30,941 nucleotides of DNA from positions 1 through 30,941 of the forward strand of contig JBCBZT010000069.1 of the NCBI GenBank assembly GCA_039815185.1. The letters are read 5' to 3'. A program made the translations under genes and the position numbers. Source of the DNA: Cyanobacteria bacterium P01_A01_bin.123. GTDB lineage: Bacteria > Cyanobacteriota > Cyanobacteriia > Phormidesmidales > Phormidesmidaceae. Shown piece by piece: positions 9,571-19,702 of the stretch (within the stretch, counting starts at the first letter, position 1; each line of letters begins with the position of its first letter). The notes below the pieces were generated by a model that was not told the DNA's origin, made no database searches, and was given only the letters and a program-made list of their open reading frames with translations.

Positions 9571-11283
9571 TCAAAATCCTAAGTCAGCCTTTGCCGCTGC
9601 GGCAGCTTCAAAGACCGCTGAAGCAGGCAACTCTTCCCAGGCGGTGTCACCAATCTCAGCATAGAAAGTCTCGTCGTAGGGGCGAGTCCGCACCACCACC
9701 GGCATGGGCACGGCATGACCCAGCACTAGCGCTTGCTGCTTGGAGTCAAGCTTAGCCAGCACCGATCGCAGACTGTGGGCTCCCGATACCCCCGTGAAAA
9801 TAGCATCAATGTCTTTTTCGTCGTTGAGCAAAGCAGTAATCCGGGTGCCCACCTGGGACATCACTTCATTGTCGATGCCCGACGGACGTTGATCGACCAC
9901 CAGTAGGGTGACAAAGTACTTGCGCATTTCTCGGGCAATGGTGCCAAAAATCGTTTGTCGAGCCGTGGCTGGATCGAGGAAGCGGTGGGCCTCTTCGATG
10001 GTGATCACGAGCTGCTGGGGGCGATCGCTGGGGTTTTTGGTTTGCAAAAATCGATCGGCCTTGCGCACATAGCTGGCGTGGATGCGGCGGGCAATCACAT
10101 TAGTCGCCAACATGTAAGAGAGCATATTCGACTGGGAGCCAAACTCCACAATCACGTGCTGTCCGGCGTCGATCGCGTCTAAAATCTGCCCCACATAGTT
10201 GTGGGGACAGGTGTTGCGAATGTATTTCAAATCGCCCAGGCGGGTGAGCTTGCGTTGCAGCGCCATAATCGAAGATTTGCTGCCCATCTTGGTTTCGCAA
10301 AACTCCTGGATTTCCTCATTGGTCATGGCCAACAGGCGACTGATCCAGTGTTTGCCAAACTCGTTACGGAGGATGATGGCGTTTTCTAAGCTGGCTTCCG
10401 AGAGATTTAGTTCTTGGCGCACCAGGGTTAGATCTTCTACGTCAATTTGGTCGAAGCTGATGTAAAGCTCTTGGGCATCCCGCACCCCTCGCCGCTGGGT
10501 TGATTCTGGGTCTAGGGTAAACATCTGCACCTGCCCTGGGAAGAGCTGACGCAGGCCCTTAACGGTGCTAAAGTGCTTGCCTTCACTCATCGCTTCCCAG
10601 CCGTATTCAGAGTGCATGTCAAAAATCAAGTTCACCGCTGCTCGCTTGCGAATAATGCCCGAGAGCAGCAGCCGGGTTAAAAAAGATTTCCCGGTACCCG
10701 ACTTGCCAAAAATGCCGTTGCTGCGTTCGACAAACCGATCTAAATCAAGGCAGATGGGCACTGCCATATCGATCGGTTGGCCGATGGAAAAATTGCGCCG
10801 ATGGGGGTCATCTTCCCAACCAAAGACGCCTCTAAAATCGCGATCGCTGGCGTCATACACCTGGCTAAAGTGATTCGGAATCGTCTTCACCGGCAAGAGT
10901 TCAATGGGCTCACTGCTTTGAGCGGCATAGGAAGCTAAGCCATTGCCGTTGGATGGAGCTGACTTTTGTTCGGGTTGCCGTTCAGTTGGCGTAAACATCA
11001 GCATGGGTGACAGGCTGATGGTGCCGTAGGTACCCGTGCCCGAGAGCACCTCCTGGAGAAAAATATTAGACGGATCAGGCGGGTTGGAGAGGATTCTAGG
11101 GCTAGCCGTGCCCAAGGTGACATCGGTCAACATGCAAAAAAATCGCGATCGCGTCCCCTGCACCACCAGAAACTTGCCCACCCGCATGTCTTCTACTGAA
11201 ACATCGGGATGCAAGCGAGCTTCTAAGCCTTGGCTTAAGGAGCCTTGAATCACAGAACCCAAAGTGGGTGGTTGTTCGTTCAT
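9571..11283 (-). CDS. HerA/FtsK-superfamily ATPase (DUF87) with HAS-barrel-like N-terminus
   Basis: Walker A GKSGTGKS, IFDMHSEY, Walker B ITIEEAHRF, arginine finger AREMRK, DQRPS. Confidence 0.9.
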   Translation of the reverse strand: MNEQPPTLGSVIQGSLSQGLEARLHPDVSVEDMRVGKFLVVQGTRSRFFCMLTDVTLGTASPRILSNPPDPSNIFLQEVLSGTGTYGTISLSPMLMFTPTERQPEQKSAPSNGNGLASYAAQSSEPIELLPVKTIPNHFSQVYDASDRDFRGVFGWEDDPHRRNFSIGQPIDMAVPICLDLDRFVERSNGIFGKSGTGKSFLTRLLLSGIIRKRAAVNLIFDMHSEYGWEAMSEGKHFSTVKGLRQLFPGQVQMFTLDPESTQRRGVRDAQELYISFDQIDVEDLTLVRQELNLSEASLENAIILRNEFGKHWISRLLAMTNEEIQEFCETKMGSKSSIMALQRKLTRLGDLKYIRNTCPHNYVGQILDAIDAGQHVIVEFGSQSNMLSYMLATNVIARRIHASYVRKADRFLQTKNPSDRPQQLVITIEEAHRFLDPATARQTIFGTIAREMRKYFVTLLVVDQRPSGIDNEVMSQVGTRITALLNDEKDIDAIFTGVSGAHSLRSVLAKLDSKQQALVLGHAVPMPVVVRTRPYDETFYAEIGDTAWEELPASAVFEAAAAAKADLGF

Positions 11284-11449
11284 AGCCTGTAGACTCCCGG
11301 CATAACTTAGGCTGTACTGCGGTCTTTGAATTGCGATCGCCCGATCAATACATCAGTTCCATAGGCAATACATTAGTTCTATCCCGAACCGCAAGCATTT
11401 TCAACCCAGCAGGGATGCGTGGCAACAAGGTAGCCCCAATCGCAGACCC

Positions 11450-11489
11450 AAACGCAAACGACGCGAAGCCTAAGAAAAGCTCCGCGTCG
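11450..11489 (-). terminator. Intrinsic terminator of the beta-barrel gene
   Basis: Stem CGACGCGAAGC / GCTCCGCGTCG (11459-11489) about 20 bp after the stop, followed on the - strand by TTTGCGTTT. Confidence 0.5.
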
Positions 11490-11510
11490 CTAAATGACCA
11501 AACCCAAACT

Positions 11511-12047
11511 TTAGAACTGGAAGCCTACGCCCCCCTGTACGGAGAAGGCGGTACCGCCGCCATCGTCATAAGCATTGAAAGCTGCCAGGCCGTTGCCAAA
11601 GATTACCAGGTTGCTGTTGGGCAAGGCATAGTCAATACCCGGCTGAATCACAAATGCAGTTCGATCGCCGATGGGAGAAGGGTCACCTTCCCCAAACGGA
11701 AACGAGACCCCAGCCCCGATATAGATGTCTGTTTGAAAATTCAGCGGAAAATCATAAGACACCGTAGGCACAATAGCCGTTTGACCACCAAAGATGAGTG
11801 CCTGCCCTCGGACAGAAATAGGCAGCTCTAAAAAGCGATAGCGCCCCGCAATCAAGCCAGAAAAACCGGTGCCATCACCATTGTCATCCTCTGTGAAGCC
11901 AACTGCAGCACCTACGCCAACGTAGCTGCCATAAGCGGGCTGTGCTTGAGCCGGAGCTACATCGCCTAAGACAGCAACACTGGCTACTGTCGTCGCTGCG
12001 ATCGCAGCAGCCCCTAAACTCCAGAATCCGCGATTCCCGATTTTCAT
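11511..12047 (-). CDS. Small outer-membrane beta-barrel protein
   Basis: Signal peptide ending PAQA-Q, amphipathic strands (SYVGVG, DIYIGAGV), C-terminal GVGFQF beta-signal. GAGGAG lies upstream of the ATG at 12047. Confidence 0.8.
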   Translation of the reverse strand: MKIGNRGFWSLGAAAIAATTVASVAVLGDVAPAQAQPAYGSYVGVGAAVGFTEDDNGDGTGFSGLIAGRYRFLELPISVRGQALIFGGQTAIVPTVSYDFPLNFQTDIYIGAGVSFPFGEGDPSPIGDRTAFVIQPGIDYALPNSNLVIFGNGLAAFNAYDDGGGTAFSVQGGVGFQF

Positions 12048-12375
12048 AATTGTTTCACTCCTCAACGAATTGCCACCCGCTCAGTTCGCTCAAATTCGGT
12101 GCAGGCTTAACTTGGGAAAAGCTAACCGCGATCTTTTTTTCAACAAAGCATGACTCAGAGCCCCTTTCGGATCCCTAAGTTGAGAATTTGCAAAAAGACC
12201 AAAATCCAGCACAGGCTTTGAATTTACGGATTAATTCAAGCAAATTACCAGAAAGTGGCGCCTAACTGTTAACAAAACGTTACAAGCTTAGGCCTTCCTT
12301 GGCAACTTCCAGAGCAGCGATTGTTCCCTGTAGGCGTCAGCCTTTCATGGGAGGGGGCAAATCGGATGGGGTTAG

Positions 12376-15300
12376 TTAGCCCGTATTCCTCATACCAGCG
12401 GCAATACCGTTGATGGTTAACAATGCCCCTCTTAGCAGTTCGCCCCGGCTATAGCGAGACCGAATCACCCCAGAGGCGGCGCTGTCCCGGTGTTGGCGTA
12501 GCCGCTTGAGCAAGCTGACCTGGAGGAATCCTAGGGGTACGATAGTGCCGTTACGCAGCTGGACTGACCGCTGGAGTTCGGGATCGCCATCAAGTAGGGT
12601 TTTGTGTCCTGTAATGGCCAACACCATATCCCGCGTCAACAGGAACTCTTGGGCAATTTTGTCAAACAGCACGTGAAAGCTGGCTTGATTATCTGGATGG
12701 GTGAGTTCGTTGACGTAGTGTTCGGCAATGTTGAGGTCGACCTTGGCCAAGGTCATTTCTACTTTAGAAATCACCATCTTGAAGAAGGGCCATTTGTAGT
12801 AGAAATAGCGCATCAGTTTGAGATGCTCTTCTGGGGCTTGGTCTAAAAATGCTTGTAGGGCGGTGCCAACGCCGTACCAAGAGGGCAGCAAAAAGCGAGT
12901 TTGAGTCCAGCTAAATACCCAGGGAATAGCCCGTAGCCCCGGCAAGTCTTTCTTCCCACCCCGGCGGGCAGGGCGAGAACTAATTTGCAACTGGCTAATT
13001 TCTTCAATGGGGGTCACCTGGTGGAAAAATTCCACCAAATCTGGTTGTTCGTAGATCAGCTCGCGATAATGGCTGCGCGAACGCTTGGCCAAATCCTCCA
13101 TGATTTCATTCCACGGCTGAATCTCGTCAAAGCTGTTGCGCAGCAGGCTGGCTTGAATCACGGCTGTGGTCACGCTCTCTAGGTTGTAAAGGGCTAGATC
13201 GGGCAGGTTGTATTTGGAGGCCAGCACTTCTCCCTGCTCGGTGATTTTGATGCGTCCATTGATGCTGCGTCCTGGTTGGGCCAGCACTGCTTCGTAGGCA
13301 GGGCCACCGCCTCGCCCAACCGACCCGCCTCGGCCGTGGAAGATGCGGAGCGCGATGCCGTAGCGATCGGCAACGGCTTGCAGGGCTTGCTGGGCCTTAT
13401 GAATTTCCCAATTGCTGCTGAGGAAGCCAGAGTCTTTGTTGCTGTCGGAGTAACCCAGCATCACCTCTTGCAAGGGCACCGCGCTGCCTTGTAAGGGCAT
13501 TCTGGTGGTGTCTGCCTGGGCTGCCGCGTCCCCGCCCTGCAGCAGGGCGTCATACAGGGGAAGTTGGAATAAGTGATCCATCACCGCAGGTGCCCGCTGT
13601 AAGTCTTCAACGGTTTCAAACAGGGGCACGGCTTGAATGTTGGCTCTTCCTGTGGCGGGGTCATATAACCCCGCTTCTTTGGCCAGCAGCATGACTTCTA
13701 GCAGGTCACTGCCATGGTGACTCATGCTGATCACATAGCTTTGGCAAATACGGGGGCCAAATTCTTGATGCAGCTTGCGCACCAAGCGGAAGGTTTCTAC
13801 TGTCTCGCGGGTTTTGTCAGAGAAGGCAAAGAGTTCTCCAGGGATTAAGGGTCGCCGCGTTTGCAGCTCTTGGGTTAGCCACTCAATCCGTTCGTCTTCG
13901 GTGAGCTCGTTGTAGGGTTTGGGTAAAACACCAAGATAGTTAGTAATCTCGTTGATCGTGTTGGAATGGCGGGAGCTTTCTTGGCGCAGGTCGAGCTGGG
14001 CTAGGTTGAAGCCGTAGATCTCAATCTGGCAAATCAGTTTTTCGAGTTCTTGGCAAACCAAGCCAGTTTCTTTAAGGCTGTGCTGAATCAAAGCGAGTTC
14101 AGCCAAGAACTCGTCACCGGTTTGATATAAGGCCGTCGGTTTGACTTCAATCCCCCGATCTTGGAGGTGGCTGCCGTTGTAGAGCTTCAGGCTACGATCG
14201 TGGGTATTTTCCAGTCGCTGTAAGACATAGGCTAGCTTGAGCCGATAGGGCTCTTGGCGATAGCGAATGGCTAATGCGTCATAGATCTCAGGTAGCTTGA
14301 CCTGATCCTGCTCTAATGACTCTAGGAGTTCGGGTAAAATCTCGCTCCAGTGCAGGGATAGGCTCAGCAACTGAATTAATTGCTTGATGGAGGTGATGTA
14401 TTTCTCCAACACCATATTGCGCTGATAGCATGCCGTTTTCCAGGTGATTTCAGGGGTGACCGAAGGGTTGCCATCGCGGTCGGCTCCGACCCAAGAGCCA
14501 AATCGACAAAAATCCGGGCGCGGGGCCTCAAGCCTGGGGAAGGTGGTGTGGAGCGCCCGCTTGATCCGCAGGTAGAGTTCGGGAATAGCATCAAACAGCA
14601 CCACATCAAAGTAGTGCAGGGTGTAGTCCACTTCATCGAGGACGGACGGTTTGAACTGGTGCAGTTCGTCGGTGCGCCACCACAGGCGAATTTCTTCGGT
14701 CAGCTGATCGCGTAGGTTCTCCGTTTCCCAAGAGGTTGAAAGCCCCAGTGATTGGGCGCTTTCATCGGCTAGATCCAGCAGGCGTAAGACGTCGGAAATG
14801 CGCCGCTGCTTGTCGCGAATGGTGTGGCGCACAATTTCAGTGGGGTGGGCGGTAAACACCAGGCGCACATCCAGCCGTTCGAGTAATCCTTGGATCAGTT
14901 GGGGGGGGACATTCAACCGCTTCAAGGTGGGAAATAGCCAGTGAAAATTGCCGGCTTCTTTGCGCGGCACCTGGGGATTTTGCAAACTTCTGGCCAATAG
15001 CCCTGCTTGAAAACTGCGGGCTCCATCGGAGAAATCTTCATCGATTTTGCGATCGCTATGGATAACCCCAGCTTCATTTGTGACATCGTTGATACGTTGA
15101 GCCAGCTCGGCATCTTCATAGGCCGATTGGTATTGAATCTGCTGTCCCCGTTGTTCGTAGTGTTGTTCGACGATGTTGATCAACTGAAAATAAAGCGCAA
15201 AGGAGCGGGCGGCGCGAATTGAGTCGTTGAGCTCTAATTTTTCGATCAGATCGGTCGCCCCGGCAAACTGATTGGCGGCCTGACCATCGGGGGCGCAAAT

Positions 15301-15504
15301 TTGCCGCAAACGGCCCAGTAAATCAACGGTTTCTTGCCCGCACTCCTGAAGTAAAACAGTGGCCCATACGTCCTCGACCATCCTCAAACGATGCCGTAAA
15401 ACCAGATCGTGGGTCGGTGCTTCAGGAATTCCTTCGGCTGCAGATTGCTCGGTGATCGTATGTGCAGGGTAAAGGTTGTCGGAGGAATGTAGGGTCGAGC
15501 TCAT
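12376..15504 (-). CDS. ppc: Phosphoenolpyruvate carboxylase
   Basis: [53 protein letters not shown]-terminal GMRNTG. Confidence 0.99.
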   Translation of the reverse strand: MSSTLHSSDNLYPAHTITEQSAAEGIPEAPTHDLVLRHRLRMVEDVWATVLLQECGQETVDLLGRLRQICAPDGQAANQFAGATDLIEKLELNDSIRAARSFALYFQLINIVEQHYEQRGQQIQYQSAYEDAELAQRINDVTNEAGVIHSDRKIDEDFSDGARSFQAGLLARSLQNPQVPRKEAGNFHWLFPTLKRLNVPPQLIQGLLERLDVRLVFTAHPTEIVRHTIRDKQRRISDVLRLLDLADESAQSLGLSTSWETENLRDQLTEEIRLWWRTDELHQFKPSVLDEVDYTLHYFDVVLFDAIPELYLRIKRALHTTFPRLEAPRPDFCRFGSWVGADRDGNPSVTPEITWKTACYQRNMVLEKYITSIKQLIQLLSLSLHWSEILPELLESLEQDQVKLPEIYDALAIRYRQEPYRLKLAYVLQRLENTHDRSLKLYNGSHLQDRGIEVKPTALYQTGDEFLAELALIQHSLKETGLVCQELEKLICQIEIYGFNLAQLDLRQESSRHSNTINEITNYLGVLPKPYNELTEDERIEWLTQELQTRRPLIPGELFAFSDKTRETVETFRLVRKLHQEFGPRICQSYVISMSHHGSDLLEVMLLAKEAGLYDPATGRANIQAVPLFETVEDLQRAPAVMDHLFQLPLYDALLQGGDAAAQADTTRMPLQGSAVPLQEVMLGYSDSNKDSGFLSSNWEIHKAQQALQAVADRYGIALRIFHGRGGSVGRGGGPAYEAVLAQPGRSINGRIKITEQGEVLASKYNLPDLALYNLESVTTAVIQASLLRNSFDEIQPWNEIMEDLAKRSRSHYRELIYEQPDLVEFFHQVTPIEEISQLQISSRPARRGGKKDLPGLRAIPWVFSWTQTRFLLPSWYGVGTALQAFLDQAPEEHLKLMRYFYYKWPFFKMVISKVEMTLAKVDLNIAEHYVNELTHPDNQASFHVLFDKIAQEFLLTRDMVLAITGHKTLLDGDPELQRSVQLRNGTIVPLGFLQVSLLKRLRQHRDSAASGVIRSRYSRGELLRGALLTINGIAAGMRNTG

Positions 15505-15585
15505 AAAACTAACGTGTAGAGGGCAAGGCTATACGAGAGATTCTAGGGGTTTTGGGATAAACCCCATGGGTTTTTACGTTTAATT

Positions 15586-15676
15586 AAACCTTGGCCACAT
15601 CCAGATCCAGCGTTTCCCTTTATGGGGCAAAGCTCTTTCACCCCTACTTAAGGTTTCAAATCGGATGTCGATTAAA
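15586..15676 (-). mobile_element. ~91 bp MITE/REP-like element, copy 2 (inverted, hairpin decayed)
   Basis: Aligns end to end with the reverse complement of 7484-7577, sharing CCACATCCAGATCCA and CCCCTACT(T)TAAGGTTTCAAATCGGATGT. Confidence 0.8.
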
Positions 15677-15709
15677 ATTCATCAATGCAAGGCATTTGGG
15701 CAAGGTTTC

Positions 15710-16009
15710 TTAGGACTCGGCTGTCCCAGTGGTGTCATCCGCAGCGCCATCGGCGTTTGCAGGAGACTGGGCTGATGAGGGTTCGGTGGTAGTCACGGTG
15801 AGTATAGGCAAGCGATCGCCGCGAAAGATTTCTTCACTGGCCAGTCCGACTTGCTGAATAGCGTCTGCGAGCGATCGCCCCAGCACTAATCCCAGCAGCA
15901 TTGCTGGCGTTGCTAAGCTAACGAATAGATTAGGTGGATAGGCGGCAACGGCAGTGGCTAACGGTTCTACTAAGTCGGGCGCCGGATGCGCGGAAGATTC
16001 CGGAGTCAT
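15710..16009 (-). CDS. Conserved cyanobacterial small hypothetical protein
   Basis: Contains G.ASEEIFRGDRLP.L, typical of a cyanobacterial family. The start is ATG 16009 or 16015. Confidence 0.75.
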   Translation of the reverse strand: MTPESSAHPAPDLVEPLATAVAAYPPNLFVSLATPAMLLGLVLGRSLADAIQQVGLASEEIFRGDRLPILTVTTTEPSSAQSPANADGAADDTTGTAES

Positions 16010-16396
16010 GGCCATTTTCTCCAACTGTTCCTAGGTTTGTGATGGGGGTTGAGGTGCTTGAAGAACAAGCACTGGGAGCCTTGCGTCAATTTTTACGGCC
16101 GGGTGCTTGCGATAAATCTCAATTTCAGTTTAGGGGGTTACGGGTTGTTGCGGTGTTGTGTATGCTGCTCCCGTCTAAACTTTCCTTTGCAGAATTGGTG
16201 CGATTTTTACAATTGCGCCTATACTTTTGTAGCCATAGCCCTGCTGTGGTACAACCCCATTCCAGTATGAGTCTTGGCCATTTCCTGGCGGTAATACTGC
16301 CAAGCGTAAGTCTAGGCAATTAACTATAGGCTTATTCCACAGTTGTCAATTGACCATTAGTTTAGCTATTCCTAAGGAGATGGACGGGGTCTCCCC

Positions 16397-19300
16397 ATGA
16401 CCTCTGACTCAATAGTAAAATCTATGATTTTAAAGCAGCCCCCCAAGCCCTCCAGCTGCACTAACGTCTCAGACTTAGTGCCCTGGTTGCAGCGGGCGAT
16501 CGCGCAGCCCCAGGCCGATCTCCAGCTCAAACTGCGGGGCAATATCCTACATGTGCTGTGTCAAACGCCGACGCCAATCAAGCTAGAGGCCGTTTTGTTT
16601 CGGGCAGTGGAGTTTTTAGTCAAGCCCGATCATCGGGACTATTTGCAGACCTATTTCCCAGAAATCTATCAAATTTATTTTTACAGTCGATTGATTGGGC
16701 AAAGCCGCCCGGATTGGACGGCCCCCATTTTCTTGAATCGGCTAGAGCGGCATTTGATGCAGCTTTCGATGGTACTTGGAGAAGCCCTCACCGCACCAGA
16801 GAAAGAGGACATTTCCCCAAACGCAAGTGCCGCTACCAATGCGACTCGGGTACAGAACCTTAATTCTGCCATTGTCATGGGGAATTTGAGTTTGGCTAGA
16901 AAAGGGGATCCTGATGCGATCGCCCATTATCTGACTGAAACGCTGAGTACGCTTGGGGTGGGCGTCTGGGTCAGTGCCCGAGCAGTGCCGGGACGGGCTA
17001 AAGTCTCTGAGCCCATCCGCGACAGTTTGAATCGTCCCGATCTAAAGCCCTCAACAGATTCACCCCCGATAGATGCGGCATCGCAGTCCTCTCCATCAAG
17101 CCAGACCATCCCCCGTCTCTGGATTCTTTGTGAGGCAGCCTACAGTCCTGATGCCAATTTAATTGCGGATCCCACGGCCCAACTGCTACGGAATCTCAAG
17201 CTCACCCAGTTTCGCGATGCGGTGGTTTTGGTGCAGGTCACCGGAGAAGAACGCCTCGACTGGATGCTGCGGATCGATCTCACCCCCCCAGAGGAAATGC
17301 TGCGGGATTGGGCCCGTTGGGGAGACGAAGAGTCTATCGGTCGCCTGCTCGATCAAGCGCTGGCTGACCTCAAGACTTCTGTCAGTGCAACGCTGAAAGA
17401 TAGCAGTCTACATCTGGTCTGTCAGCCCCAGGCAACCGCTAAGAACTTGACCCTGCCGCCCCAGGTGCCAGTACTGGATAAACTGCTGCCCTATTTGGAG
17501 ACCCTAGCCCCCCAAGGGCTGCACCGGGCCATGATTTATGGGCAAGAGCGCGAGAATCCCGCCCCTGCTTGGGTGAAATGTATTGATTTGCCCGCTGCAG
17601 AGCATCCAGCTTTGGCTGAAGCTCCCTTGGGTTTGGCCCAGCAAGGGGATCTGGGTGCTTTGACGTTTTTAATTTCTCGGTTGCTCAACCCTGATTTGGC
17701 GGAGCGGCTTACCACCGGAGGGATTCGGGTACAGCTGTTGACGCGGGACAAGCTGCTACATGTGATGCTGGATGCACCCGTGTGTCCACCGCGACGGCTA
17801 GTTGCCCAAAAACTGACGAAATGGTTGCGTCAGGTCCATCCTAAAACCGCAGAAGGGGTGAGACTCTATGGCCGTCGGGCCGGACAAAAACAACCTGCTT
17901 GGAGCTACGGGATTGATTTTAAGGCGCGCGATCGCAAGGTGATTCCCGCGGCAACGCCGGAATTTGCGGCCTCAGACGCCTACGTGGGTGATTTGCTCAC
18001 CCCCACGGATGAACCGGCTCACCGCAGTGATTTGACTCCCCAGGATCTCAAAACCCTGTTGCGAAGTCTGGGGCGACGCACCCTATCGGGGATTCGTGCA
18101 GGACTACTCAAGTCTCAATTATTTATCGATCAGGCAGAGGCCGACTCGCTTGCTAATATCTCCCCACGGCTAGGCCGTAGGGGCATTGGGGTGGCGCTTT
18201 TGTGGGGCATGGCTGGGGTATTAATTGCCGTGCAAGCCGATTGGGTGCTAGGGCAACTCCTCAATCCTCCTAGCCCTGCGGCAACGGCAGAGGCTCAGGT
18301 CAATTCTGATGAGACGGCAGAAGAACCCATAGTTGCAGAGTCGCCAGAGAATGACAGCACCTCAAACGATAACCAAGATGATCTATCTGACTTAGCGTTT
18401 GGCCGCTCAGCAGATGATGACATCACTGGAGAGGATGACTTTATCCAAGACGGGTTTACTGGATTCCCCTCTGATTCGAGTTTCACAGACGATGCTGCCC
18501 TAGACGCGGCAGATGCCGATCGCGCCTTTGTGTCGTTGTCGGCGCTGCTGGCTGAGTCGCCCTATCCGTCTTTCAAAAGCAAGCAGATGGATGAGAAGCT
18601 GGCCCTCTATCACCAGCGCCTAAAAGAATCTGGGCCGCCAGATGTGTTGATCTTGGGCAGTTCTCGGGCACTACGCGGGGTGGATCCAGCTGTTTTGCGC
18701 CGAGATCTTGCTGTTCTGGGTTATGGCGACCTGGATATTTTCAACTTCGGCATTAATGGTTCAACGGCTCAGGTCGTGGATTTTACCCTGCGCGAACTGT
18801 TGCAGTCCAACCAACTGCCTAAGCTCATCATTTGGGCTGATGGTGCCCGTGCCCTCAACAGTGGTCGCGTCGATATCACTTATAACGCGATTGAAGTGTC
18901 TGAGGGTTATCGTGCCCTACTTTCGGGGCAATTGACCCAAAGCGGGGATGGTGAAGCTGTTGAGACTGCTGCTGAGTCTTCGGATCTAGCCACAACCAAT
19001 CCGTTAACGCCCTTACCTGGAGAAGCGCGTAGAACGCTGCGAGAAAGTTATCAAGCGGTTGATCGCTGGCTCAGTGAGCAGATAGCCCAGGTGTCTACGG
19101 TTCATGGCGATCGCGAGCGGCTCAAAACCGCCCTCCGTGCCACCACTGCGACGGTGTTAGAGACGATGGTGCCGGGATCTGAAATTCCCTCAGAGTTGGC
19201 CGTGGGGTCAGCTAAGTTAGATGCGGATGGTCTGGTCGTTCAAGATACCAATCTGATTGATTTTGATGGCTTTTTGTCGTTGTCGGTGGAGTTTAACCCG

Positions 19301-19702
19301 GCCACTTACTACCAAGATCATGCGCGCGTTTCAGGCGACTACGACGGCGACTATGAAGACTTTCGCTTGGCGGGACGGCAAGCTGAAGCTTTAGAACAAC
19401 TGCTAGATTTCACCCAAAGTTTGGATATTCCAGTGGTGTTTGTGAATACGCCGCTCACAAATATTTATCTCGATGCTTATCGAACCCAAGCAGAGGCCGA
19501 GTTTCTCCGCTACATGCTGCGACTCTCTGCCACCCGAAAAGGGTTTGTGTTTCGAGATTTTGGCAAATTGTGGTTAGAACAATACGACTATTTCTCTGAC
19601 CCCAGTCATCTCAACCGCTACGGAGCCTATCAGGTATCAAGTCGATTGGCAGAAGATCCTATGATTTCGTGGTCTGAGCTAGAGGAGACTGAGACTCCAT
19701 GA
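16397..19702 (+). CDS. Large membrane-anchored protein with C-terminal SGNH-like (DUF1574/AlgJ/DltD-like) domain
   Basis: GSSR block I, NFGING block II, and FSDPSHLN (DxxH). One transmembrane segment at about aa 596-615. ATGA overlap with the MBOAT gene. Confidence 0.85.
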   Translation: MTSDSIVKSMILKQPPKPSSCTNVSDLVPWLQRAIAQPQADLQLKLRGNILHVLCQTPTPIKLEAVLFRAVEFLVKPDHRDYLQTYFPEIYQIYFYSRLIGQSRPDWTAPIFLNRLERHLMQLSMVLGEALTAPEKEDISPNASAATNATRVQNLNSAIVMGNLSLARKGDPDAIAHYLTETLSTLGVGVWVSARAVPGRAKVSEPIRDSLNRPDLKPSTDSPPIDAASQSSPSSQTIPRLWILCEAAYSPDANLIADPTAQLLRNLKLTQFRDAVVLVQVTGEERLDWMLRIDLTPPEEMLRDWARWGDEESIGRLLDQALADLKTSVSATLKDSSLHLVCQPQATAKNLTLPPQVPVLDKLLPYLETLAPQGLHRAMIYGQERENPAPAWVKCIDLPAAEHPALAEAPLGLAQQGDLGALTFLISRLLNPDLAERLTTGGIRVQLLTRDKLLHVMLDAPVCPPRRLVAQKLTKWLRQVHPKTAEGVRLYGRRAGQKQPAWSYGIDFKARDRKVIPAATPEFAASDAYVGDLLTPTDEPAHRSDLTPQDLKTLLRSLGRRTLSGIRAGLLKSQLFIDQAEADSLANISPRLGRRGIGVALLWGMAGVLIAVQADWVLGQLLNPPSPAATAEAQVNSDETAEEPIVAESPENDSTSNDNQDDLSDLAFGRSADDDITGEDDFIQDGFTGFPSDSSFTDDAALDAADADRAFVSLSALLAESPYPSFKSKQMDEKLALYHQRLKESGPPDVLILGSSRALRGVDPAVLRRDLAVLGYGDLDIFNFGINGSTAQVVDFTLRELLQSNQLPKLIIWADGARALNSGRVDITYNAIEVSEGYRALLSGQLTQSGDGEAVETAAESSDLATTNPLTPLPGEARRTLRESYQAVDRWLSEQIAQVSTVHGDRERLKTALRATTATVLETMVPGSEIPSELAVGSAKLDADGLVVQDTNLIDFDGFLSLSVEFNPATYYQDHARVSGDYDGDYEDFRLAGRQAEALEQLLDFTQSLDIPVVFVNTPLTNIYLDAYRTQAEAEFLRYMLRLSATRKGFVFRDFGKLWLEQYDYFSDPSHLNRYGAYQVSSRLAEDPMISWSELEETETP

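Noticed and set aside
11331..11831. 166 aa + strand ORF
   Set aside because: It is antisense to the beta-barrel gene and its terminator and has no motifs.
15546..15573. Hairpin GGGGTTTT-GGGAT-AAACCCC upstream of ppc as a riboswitch
   Set aside because: It is a short stem with no aptamer features that I recognise.
15934..16323. Three short ORFs in the divergent intergenic region
   Set aside because: They overlap each other, show no family resemblance, and probably represent promoter DNA.
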